A DNA stretch of 34,210 nt from a virus (taxonomy: Duplodnaviria > Caudoviricetes), in IMG/VR virus record IMGVR_UViG_3300048598_000581, positions 1-34,210 of that record. The stretch is one strand, 5' to 3'. This document shows positions 26,729-34,210 of the stretch, piece by piece. The notes below the pieces were generated by a model. That model did not search any database. It worked only from the letters and a program-made list of their open reading frames with translations, and was not told the origin of the DNA. How positions within the stretch are numbered: position 1 is the stretch's first letter; each line of letters starts with the position of its first letter. The translations under genes were made by a program, and so were the position numbers.

Positions 26729-27851
26729 TGAAAAGATTCTGGATGAAATCCTCCCCATCCCGGATATTGAGGAACTCAAGGAGGCGACCGTCGAAGAACT
26801 CAAAAGCGAAGGATTCACGGTTACGAACTTCAACTCAGGGGGCATATTTTACACGCTCCTCATGATTGTTTTCTGGGTACGGATAGAACTTGTAAAGCTA
26901 CAGCGCAGTGTATTGAACAATATGTTTGTTACTCATGCACAAGGCGCATGGCTTGAACTCAAGGCAGCGGATTATTCCAAGAAGCGAAAAGTAGCTCTCA
27001 AAACAAGGGGCATCGTAACTATAAGCCGCACCTCCCCGGGAGAAGCACGTACAATATCTGCCGGACATGTTTTCAAAACTCAAAAAGATATCAATGGCGA
27101 GGAGCTTCGATTTTTTGCCCTGGAGAATACCGTTTTGCAGCAGAATGCCCTAAGTGTTGGGGTACCTGTAGAGGCTGAAAAAGAAGGGGCTAAATATAAT
27201 GTGGCGTTCGGCCAGATTACAAGGAGCCTTACCCATATTGAGGGGATTGAAAGCATATCCAATTTAGCCGGATGGATCACCCGGGAGGGCAGCGATATCG
27301 AAGACTATGAGAGCCTGCGTGAGAGGACATTGAATTCATGGGCGGACGTCGCGACCATGCCAATCGCACAAAAATACAAGAACGTATGCGAGGCTGTCCC
27401 CGGAGTGCTTTTTGTGCGGGTAGACGACCAGCATCCGAGAGGCCAGGGAACCATTGACATCATTGTGACTTCCACGGCCGGAGCGGCGACAGAAGCTTTA
27501 CTCTCATTGGTTGGAACAGCGGCAAATGCAATAAAAGGACCATATGACAACCTGCTTGTCAAGAGCTCCACTATATCAACGAAGGCCATTAATGTTACTG
27601 TGTCTGTGGAGGCCGGGACAAACACTGACGGTCTTGCTGATCGGGTCAAAGCAACAATTCTGGCGAACATGAAGATATCAAAAAGCCGGAAGCTGAACGA
27701 GTTGCTTCACTCCGATCTGATCTTTGCCGTTCGCCGGGACATCCCGGCCATTGTGAATTTGAAAGTAACTGAGCCGGACGATGATCTTGTTTTGGACACT
27801 GATATAGTGATTATTCCGGGGGCGGTCACCGTTACGATCCAGGAGGTATAA
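26721..27851 (+). CDS. Baseplate J / Mu gp47-like protein
   Basis: AQGAWLELKA, EAEKEGAKYNV, GSDIEDYESLRER, PRGQGTIDIIV. Confidence 0.92.
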   Translation: MIDEKILDEILPIPDIEELKEATVEELKSEGFTVTNFNSGGIFYTLLMIVFWVRIELVKLQRSVLNNMFVTHAQGAWLELKAADYSKKRKVALKTRGIVTISRTSPGEARTISAGHVFKTQKDINGEELRFFALENTVLQQNALSVGVPVEAEKEGAKYNVAFGQITRSLTHIEGIESISNLAGWITREGSDIEDYESLRERTLNSWADVATMPIAQKYKNVCEAVPGVLFVRVDDQHPRGQGTIDIIVTSTAGAATEALLSLVGTAANAIKGPYDNLLVKSSTISTKAINVTVSVEAGTNTDGLADRVKATILANMKISKSRKLNELLHSDLIFAVRRDIPAIVNLKVTEPDDDLVLDTDIVIIPGAVTVTIQEV

Positions 27852-27852
27852 A

Positions 27853-28419
27853 ATGTTCGAAAAGTTCGGGGACTACATGTATTATCTGCTTTTTGCTCCG
27901 TTCAAGAGGATGTCAAAAGCAATCAATCAATGGCACATCTTTTTTAAAGTGATCGGCAAGCTTTTCGACGCCACAAAGCAGGATATATTTCGGGTACGCT
28001 CGGAGTCAATGATCGCCAGCGCGAGCGAGCTGATGCTGGAGCAGCATGGACGGGACCGAACCATGCCTCGGCTAAAGGGCGAGATCGTCGAAAATTATCG
28101 GACCCGACTTTCCATGAGATACGTTATAGCCCTGGAGGCGGGTACCGACAAGGCTATAAGATATGTTGCAAAAGCATTCGGCTATGACAATATTGATATT
28201 CAGAAGGATACCGACCCGGGAAAATGGGCTGAGTTTTCGGTGCAATTTTTAGGCGGCAAGATCGTACTCGACGACAGGGAGCTCCTGCTCAAAGAGCTCA
28301 ACAAGATTAAGCCTGCAGGAGGGTTGCTAACTGTAACAAAGGAGCAACGCTATACCGCACAGCAGTACATTGGTACGGCTTACGTCATAGGTAAAATAAT
28401 TACGATAAGGCAGGGATGA
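27853..28419 (+). CDS. Baseplate wedge / tail protein (gp48, P2 gpI-like)
   Basis: R..GE..ENYRTRL, AGT..AI, LNKIKPA motifs; follows baseplate J. Confidence 0.75.
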   Translation: MFEKFGDYMYYLLFAPFKRMSKAINQWHIFFKVIGKLFDATKQDIFRVRSESMIASASELMLEQHGRDRTMPRLKGEIVENYRTRLSMRYVIALEAGTDKAIRYVAKAFGYDNIDIQKDTDPGKWAEFSVQFLGGKIVLDDRELLLKELNKIKPAGGLLTVTKEQRYTAQQYIGTAYVIGKIITIRQG

Positions 28420-28422
28420 TAT

Positions 28423-30990
28423 ATGGCGTTCAGCAGATTGATGCTTACAACAGACGGAAAAACATTATACGCTAAGGCGCAGCAGGGAAAGACATTACAG
28501 TTTACCAGGGTCGGCATTGGGGATGGAAACATCGGCAGCGGATCGCTTGTCAACCGGACTGCCTTAATCGACCAAAAACTTTCCTTGTTTATTGATACGA
28601 TCCAGCTCGCGAGTGAAACCGAGTCGGCAATCATAACTACTCTGAAAAATGAGAACCTGGCAGAAGGTTTCTATTTCCGGGAGATCGGCATTTTTGCAAA
28701 AGACCCTGACACGCAGCAGGAGAAGCTTTATTTATATGACAACGCTGGTACGGACGGCGAATATATCCCGGATAATCAATCGGGCGTCAGTGTGAATGAG
28801 CGGCTCAAGTTTCTGTTGCTCCTTGAAAACGTGGCAACGGTCTCCTTCGTGCCCTCCGGGAATCCGATCTATTTGGCTGTGGATGATATCGACGATACGG
28901 CTTTCGGGACAAATACATTGTGGTCATCGGAGAAGACCAAAACAGAGATCGTCGACGCGATCAGCAAGGGAGTCCCCCATCTGGGAACGACGACGAACAT
29001 TGGAAACAACTATAGTATTACATACACGGAAGCCATCCCAGCAGATAAAAAATTCTCCGTCACTTTTAATGCAGCAGCTTCGGGAGTAGCTACACTGAAA
29101 ATTTCCAGCATCGGAAACGCAAAGCCCCTAGTAAAACCGGGAGGAGGAGATTTTAAACCCAAAGCAGGCACCTATAACCTATTCTACAATGGCACAAATT
29201 TTCAGTGCTTGGGTGAAGGAGGTGATTATGGAACGGCAGGTCCTGCCCAAACTCTGGAGGGATTCACGGTGGGAACCGAGGATGGAATTAAAGATGGCAC
29301 CATTTCAAATAAAGGCCCTGCATCGGCTGAGACAATAAACCTTACAACCGAGGGGGCGGAATATACCATAGCGGCAGGCTTTCATTCTGGGTTGAGAAAG
29401 ATAAAAGCTGTCATTACCGGACTTGTTGCAGGGGTGGTAAAATCCGGCGTAATTGTAGGCGGTATTGAAGGAACATTTACCAATGATGCGACTGCAACCG
29501 CAGCCCAAATGTTAAAGGATGCCAAAGCATGGGTAAAAGGAATTCTTGTTACCGGAAATATTCCTGTGCGTGGTAGCGAAGAATACACAGGCTGGAGAAG
29601 GGCGACCATATTTACAGACGGTCCTATTCCCGGTAGGGTGCATTTGAGCATACCACTTGGAGCTTATCTCACGGGTAGAGACGATGGGGCGGCTGGAATA
29701 ACAATGGGAATATTCTGCGACGACGCGAATTTTGTCCCAGAAAACTTTAGGGCAGACAAGGAAGTATTAGGACAGCAAGGCGGCATTCCAGTGATTGCCA
29801 GCGAGTCTCTTAATAATTCAATTGGCGTTTCGTATTGGCCTATCGGACAAAATGGAATTACACAGCCTAGAGTATGGCATAAAGCACAGTCCGGGATGAT
29901 AGATACTACTGGAGCTTGGTTTTATAGTGATGAACCAGACATGCGCCCAGAAAATTTTAAAGCTGGGAAAACAGCATTTCAAGGGCAATTGGTTGGTTCT
30001 TATGTTGCTTATAGTGTAGGTGATAGATTTAAAGCAAATCAATTGGGAGCTCCTATAGTCGAAAAAAAATGGGAATTTACTCACGTTCTCGTTCAGAACA
30101 CAACCGGAATGCATCAGGTTGCAGTAGATGATGGGAATTTTGTTTACTGCGCCAGCGGATGGGCACCGGATAACAAAATTTATTTATGGAAATTAAACAA
30201 AGGCGACGGGAGCCTTGTCTGGAGCGTTAACATCCACAGCAGTTACTGTAATGGGCTATTCTTAGGTAAGGATAAGAATATCTACAGTACGAGTTCTGAC
30301 GGGTATACAAAAAGAATCGACCCTAATGGGAATATTACGCTAACTATATCTAGCGGTGGCGGGTCTGGTGTATGCGCAGATGCGAGTGGGAATATTTATG
30401 TGTCTCTATATGACGGAAAAGTAGTTAGTTATAACAGCTCCGGCGTAGAGAGATGGCGCGAAGGAGTATCACAGGCATACTACGACATTGACATAGATTA
30501 CGTGAACGGGTACGTATACGCCGTAACCAATAGTAGCACCGTAAGCAAAATTAGGTTAGATGGATATGTGATATATAATACAAATCCAGGCATTACCCTT
30601 AATTCACAGCCACATGTAGCTGTAAGCGATAACGGGCTGTACGTATGGATCAGTAACGGCGATACTTCAAGCGGGGCAGTGGCTTTAATTAATACAGGAA
30701 CCGGAACAGTTTCATGGTCTGCGGGCATTCTATATGGTGTAAGTGCTATTGATGTAGACGAATTTGGTAATGCTTATTATCAAGTTAGGAAGAATTCACC
30801 CTCAAACGCTTACTATTTGGCAAAAAGAACAAAAGACGGATATCTTGTTTGGGAAAAATATCATCACGATTTTGGATCAGGTAACAAAGACATTATAAAT
30901 CTTGCGGTATGCAATGATGGTTTTATATATACTGCCGCGAGAGACTTCTACACAAGGAAGTGGTCCGACGAGTATTCATTAATTTCATAA
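28423..30990 (+). CDS. Tail fibre: DUF3751-like N-terminal anchor, shaft repeats, C-terminal ~7-bladed beta-propeller
   Basis: LTTDGKTLYAKAQQG..LQFTRVGIGDG, GFYFREIGIFA; shaft repeats (PENFRA/PENFKAG); about seven ~40-aa blades such as VAVDDGNFVY and VCADASGNIYV. Confidence 0.85.
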   Translation: MAFSRLMLTTDGKTLYAKAQQGKTLQFTRVGIGDGNIGSGSLVNRTALIDQKLSLFIDTIQLASETESAIITTLKNENLAEGFYFREIGIFAKDPDTQQEKLYLYDNAGTDGEYIPDNQSGVSVNERLKFLLLLENVATVSFVPSGNPIYLAVDDIDDTAFGTNTLWSSEKTKTEIVDAISKGVPHLGTTTNIGNNYSITYTEAIPADKKFSVTFNAAASGVATLKISSIGNAKPLVKPGGGDFKPKAGTYNLFYNGTNFQCLGEGGDYGTAGPAQTLEGFTVGTEDGIKDGTISNKGPASAETINLTTEGAEYTIAAGFHSGLRKIKAVITGLVAGVVKSGVIVGGIEGTFTNDATATAAQMLKDAKAWVKGILVTGNIPVRGSEEYTGWRRATIFTDGPIPGRVHLSIPLGAYLTGRDDGAAGITMGIFCDDANFVPENFRADKEVLGQQGGIPVIASESLNNSIGVSYWPIGQNGITQPRVWHKAQSGMIDTTGAWFYSDEPDMRPENFKAGKTAFQGQLVGSYVAYSVGDRFKANQLGAPIVEKKWEFTHVLVQNTTGMHQVAVDDGNFVYCASGWAPDNKIYLWKLNKGDGSLVWSVNIHSSYCNGLFLGKDKNIYSTSSDGYTKRIDPNGNITLTISSGGGSGVCADASGNIYVSLYDGKVVSYNSSGVERWREGVSQAYYDIDIDYVNGYVYAVTNSSTVSKIRLDGYVIYNTNPGITLNSQPHVAVSDNGLYVWISNGDTSSGAVALINTGTGTVSWSAGILYGVSAIDVDEFGNAYYQVRKNSPSNAYYLAKRTKDGYLVWEKYHHDFGSGNKDIINLAVCNDGFIYTAARDFYTRKWSDEYSLIS

Positions 30991-31007
30991 AAGGAAGGGA
31001 AAATGCT

Positions 31008-31193
31008 ATGTTTATAGAAATCGGGGCAGTAGGATCAGGAACGTATCCTAAAGAGTATTCTTGGAAAAAAGGCGATGCAAGACCCGCAGACCCAAATGAA
31101 GGATCATTAGGCTATGAAGTTGACGAAAGCAAACCCGAAGGTGAACAGGTGTCAATTAATAAATACTTGCAAGGGAATTGGAGGCTTCTGTGA
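31008..31193 (+). CDS. Small putative fibre adaptor/assembly protein (61 aa)
   Basis: RP....GS..YEVD...Y..G.W pattern; stop overlaps next start (TGATG). Confidence 0.6.
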   Translation: MFIEIGAVGSGTYPKEYSWKKGDARPADPNEGSLGYEVDESKPEGEQVSINKYLQGNWRLL

Positions 31194-31366
31194 TGATTAC
31201 TTTTGATCCTATTTCATATTCAAAGGGGAAAAGAGCACTTGCTGCTACGAAAGATATTACGAACAACAGCCAGATCAAGGGCTTTGTTGTGCTTACCCAA
31301 GCCGAATATGATGCCCTACCGGCATCCAAGGAGACAGACGGCAAGACCTATCTTATAAAGGGGTGA
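31193..31366 (+). CDS. Minimal upper-fibre-like linker protein (57 aa)
   Basis: C-terminal VLTQAEYDALP...DGKTYLI motif known from phage upper tail fibres; coupled ATG at 31193. Confidence 0.65.
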   Translation: MITFDPISYSKGKRALAATKDITNNSQIKGFVVLTQAEYDALPASKETDGKTYLIKG

Positions 31367-31373
31367 TCCGGAA

Positions 31374-33938
31374 ATGAAATACAACGGCAGCGAAATAGCA
31401 AGCATTATGTACAACGGCCAGAGTATTAACTCGGCACTCCATAACGGACAACCTGTATTTGCTCCTTTTGTCCTCGACCAAATCCCTGATGCTGTTGCCG
31501 CATACGGCATGGGTAAGCTTAAAGCATCCGCCACAAAATGCCTGCGCGTCAGGCGCTCCTCGGATAATGCTGAGCTCGACATAGGCTTCTACGGGAGTCG
31601 TCCTACTGTGACCTTGACAAACCTACTCAACACAGATGGAAATATGCTTGATAACAACTCAAATAATCAAGCAGACGGATGGACCTACGCCAACGCCACA
31701 GCCAATAGTTGCGTTGGAAATGAAGCTGTATTTACTCCTACAGCATTGTATGGGAAAATGCTTAAACAGTCTGAATTGCGAAGTCAGCGGGTGGGAGATG
31801 TAGTATATCTATGCATGTATATTAAATCCACAGTGGCTTCAACTGTGGTTACATGGAACTTGGGCTCAGATGCGCTATCGGGATCTGGTATCGGTTATGC
31901 CGGTCCGTCAGCAAGTGGCAATTATGAATTCGTTTCGTTGTATAATAGGATAACTTCCCTTACCAGTGCGGAGATCGATATTCAATCCAACTTATCCTCA
32001 GGATGGGCACCCATAACGGTTAGATATGTGCACTTAATCAACGTTACAGCGCTGGCTGACGCTCTTGGAGGTTATGTACCCACCAAAGCAGAGCTTGATG
32101 TTGTAATTAAAGGACTCATTGATAATCAAGGCTATTTCACCACAAAATCCATAATTGACGTATTCTCCAAGAATCTTACAGGGGTTACTGTAAGGTTTCA
32201 AAATGAACTTGGGAATTATGGTAATTTCCCCACCGATAGTAATAGTGATGGACTTGCAGATAATCTTTCAACCAACTTGGCTGGAAGTTACAGTTTATCT
32301 GGGGGTATTCAATCATTTTCTCCCACTAGCCAATATGGCTACATCGGGACAAATGGCATTACTTACACAGTAGGTGATGTTTTTTATGGATGTGCATATG
32401 TAAAAACCACAGATAATCAGATGAAGGTGCAGATAGGAGATTCTGACTCTGATCCATCCGACAGTGGTTCTCACTCCGGTAGTGGAAACTTTGAATTTCT
32501 TTCTGGATGGATGACTACCACAAGCAATAGTAACCCTACAACCCATGGAATTAGGGCTAGAACATGGGCAACATCAAGCTGGGTACAAACGCAAGTCAAA
32601 CAAATGCACTTGTTCAACCTCACTCGTATATTTGGTGCGGGAAATGAACCATCAAAAAATGACATGAACAACGAAATGCCTTACCTGATAAACAAGTATG
32701 GCTATATCAACGATCAGATACTCCGGGATCATTGGCACTCTTATCTGCCAAAGACAACGAAAGCGCCAAGGCAGAGAGTTGTAAACGCATTAACGGTTGG
32801 GGATTTTAAGTACGGAATACTGGGATGGACCGCAGGAAGCGCTTCTACAGTATCCCCAATTAATAATAGTGCGAGGATTACTGGTAACATTTCCGCGACT
32901 TATTGCTCTGGCCTCTACGCAGCTAATATTTTACCTACGACTGGCCGTAAAATCTATATTAAGGCAACGATGACTGCAAGAAGTTCAGGCATATCATCTT
33001 TGGTTTTACGTCTACGTGGTTCTAGCGGCGGTACCTATACCACCGCCTATACTGTCAACTACCCCGTGGTAGACGCAGACAATACTTTTTCCGCAATTGT
33101 AACACTCGATTCCTCTCACACAGGAACAGCCTTGTGGGTTGTATCTGCAATGACTGCCGCTGAAATAAACACAAAGAGTATGGATATAGCAAAAGTAACA
33201 GTAGTAGACATGGGTGCAGATGTAACGAACTCTTATTACAATAAAACGCAGACCGAAATGGATGCTCTTGTAGGTAATTATGCTGAAGCCTATGGATTCG
33301 CTCCAGGAGAATTCGACGGTCCTGCACTACTCACCTTTGTACAGTCCAGTAATGGATTTGTAAGCAAATGGTATGATCAGTCCGGTAAAGGTAACGATGC
33401 CGTACAGACTACCGCCTCATACCAGCCAAGGATTATTATAGGAGGCGTTGTTGACTCAGGGCTCTATGGTGACGGGGTTGACGATATACTAAACCCAGTA
33501 ACCAATATTTATCCGGGCGATACAGGAAGCATGAGTCTTGCCTTCACCGCCAGCGCATTGGCAAATAAGTCCCCGCTTGGGAGTATAGGGACTCCGGGTG
33601 TGGCTATAAAGACACGAGATACAGGAGCTTTGTGGGGTAGACTGCGTAACGCCAGCGGAACCGATTACGACGCAGTGGCCTCTAATGCATACTCTGTAGG
33701 TATACCATGCAGGTGTGCAGCTACATGGACAGCGAATAACAGCGTGAAATTGTACAAGGATGGTAACCTGATCGGTGAAAATATCACTGTATCGGGTACT
33801 CCAGCTAATACTGCACTTTCGTTCAAGGTATTCGCCGGTCCGGGAACGTATGAGCCCTTTAACGGCTGGATCACTGAAGCGATAATCTGGCCCAAACTAC
33901 TTAGTCAAGCGCAGGTCGCAAAACTTAATAACAGATAG
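31374..33938 (+). CDS. Putative receptor-binding protein with LamG/ConA-like domain and three CBM-like repeats
   Basis: AAYG..KL...CLRVRRSSDNAELDIGF and GFVSKWYDQSGKGNDAVQT motifs; LamG-like end (ATW...VKLYKDG, FNGWITEAIIWPKLLS); Ser/Thr/Gly/Asn-rich beta composition. Confidence 0.7.
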   Translation: MKYNGSEIASIMYNGQSINSALHNGQPVFAPFVLDQIPDAVAAYGMGKLKASATKCLRVRRSSDNAELDIGFYGSRPTVTLTNLLNTDGNMLDNNSNNQADGWTYANATANSCVGNEAVFTPTALYGKMLKQSELRSQRVGDVVYLCMYIKSTVASTVVTWNLGSDALSGSGIGYAGPSASGNYEFVSLYNRITSLTSAEIDIQSNLSSGWAPITVRYVHLINVTALADALGGYVPTKAELDVVIKGLIDNQGYFTTKSIIDVFSKNLTGVTVRFQNELGNYGNFPTDSNSDGLADNLSTNLAGSYSLSGGIQSFSPTSQYGYIGTNGITYTVGDVFYGCAYVKTTDNQMKVQIGDSDSDPSDSGSHSGSGNFEFLSGWMTTTSNSNPTTHGIRARTWATSSWVQTQVKQMHLFNLTRIFGAGNEPSKNDMNNEMPYLINKYGYINDQILRDHWHSYLPKTTKAPRQRVVNALTVGDFKYGILGWTAGSASTVSPINNSARITGNISATYCSGLYAANILPTTGRKIYIKATMTARSSGISSLVLRLRGSSGGTYTTAYTVNYPVVDADNTFSAIVTLDSSHTGTALWVVSAMTAAEINTKSMDIAKVTVVDMGADVTNSYYNKTQTEMDALVGNYAEAYGFAPGEFDGPALLTFVQSSNGFVSKWYDQSGKGNDAVQTTASYQPRIIIGGVVDSGLYGDGVDDILNPVTNIYPGDTGSMSLAFTASALANKSPLGSIGTPGVAIKTRDTGALWGRLRNASGTDYDAVASNAYSVGIPCRCAATWTANNSVKLYKDGNLIGENITVSGTPANTALSFKVFAGPGTYEPFNGWITEAIIWPKLLSQAQVAKLNNR

Positions 33939-33949
33939 GAGGTACAGCC

Positions 33950-34210
33950 ATGAAATTCTTAGTCTTTGCAACATATCGCAGCGCCTACAGTGCCAATGCC
34001 ATCATATCCCTTAATATGAGGCTCTCGGGCGATTGCACAGTCCAGTATGCTAATGTCCGGGAACGGTCAGATGGCAAGTTTGTTATACCAGCGCCGGTAA
34101 CGATCGGAGAGGACGGAAACGAGGTCATGGACGCTGCCCTGATGGAATACGTGGCAAACTATTCTGTGGAGGAGTATAACTCGGCGTGGTTCGTGGATGA
34201 TGCAGGATAG
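33950..34210 (+). CDS. Small hypothetical protein (possible RBP chaperone)
   Basis: AGGAGGT RBS; follows the RBP gene. Confidence 0.7.
   Translation: MKFLVFATYRSAYSANAIISLNMRLSGDCTVQYANVRERSDGKFVIPAPVTIGEDGNEVMDAALMEYVANYSVEEYNSAWFVDDAG

Larger units (their letters stand above)
1..34210 (+). mobile_element. Mu-like transposable prophage (contractile tail), internal portion; neither end in window
   Basis: Collinear ner-A-B-gam-gemA-mor-terminase-portal-F-I/Z-T-gp36-G-sheath-tube-TMP-baseplate-fibre gene set; DDE transposase plus MuB-like ATPase instead of an integrase. Confidence 0.97.

Noticed and set aside
29216-29338. Perfect SD AAGGAGGTGAT plus out-of-frame ATG (29228) giving a 36-aa ORF inside the fibre gene
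   Set aside because: Explained by codons for E-G-G-D-Y; spacing is short and the peptide is featureless. Ribo-seq would settle it
28423-34210. Diversity-generating retroelement or invertible fibre segment
   Set aside because: No reverse transcriptase, no recombinase, and no near-duplicate TR/VR pair or inverted crossover sites seen by eye; could lie beyond the window
1-34210. Mu attL/attR ends, repressor, mom, tRNA/rRNA genes
   Set aside because: Window starts at an ATG and ends at a stop codon; none of these elements was recognised within it

Overview
The whole window is the interior of a Mu-like (transposable) myovirus prophage. Strong AGGAGG ribosome-binding sites, an amidase endolysin with an SLH-like tail and the absence of recognisable spanins suggest a Bacillota (probably Clostridia) host. 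All genes are on the + strand except one. Order: two unknown leading ORFs, Ner/Cro-like HTH, MuA-like DDE transposase, MuB-like ATPase, Gam, GemA, an accessory region (NDT-fold enzyme, amidase, several small AT-rich ORFs), a Mor/C activator, a superimposed terminator/late-promoter hairpin, holin-like and gp25/gp26-like genes, terminases, portal, gpF, protease/scaffold, capsid, neck, sheath, tube, frameshifted tail chaperone, an antisense membrane-protein moron, tape measure, baseplate, a tail fibre ending in a beta-propeller, and a second receptor-binding cassette whose LamG/ConA-like domain appears split by three inserted CBM-like repeats. The repressor, the Mu ends, mom and any invertase or DGR are not in the window. 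Family calls come from motif recognition and synteny, not database searches.
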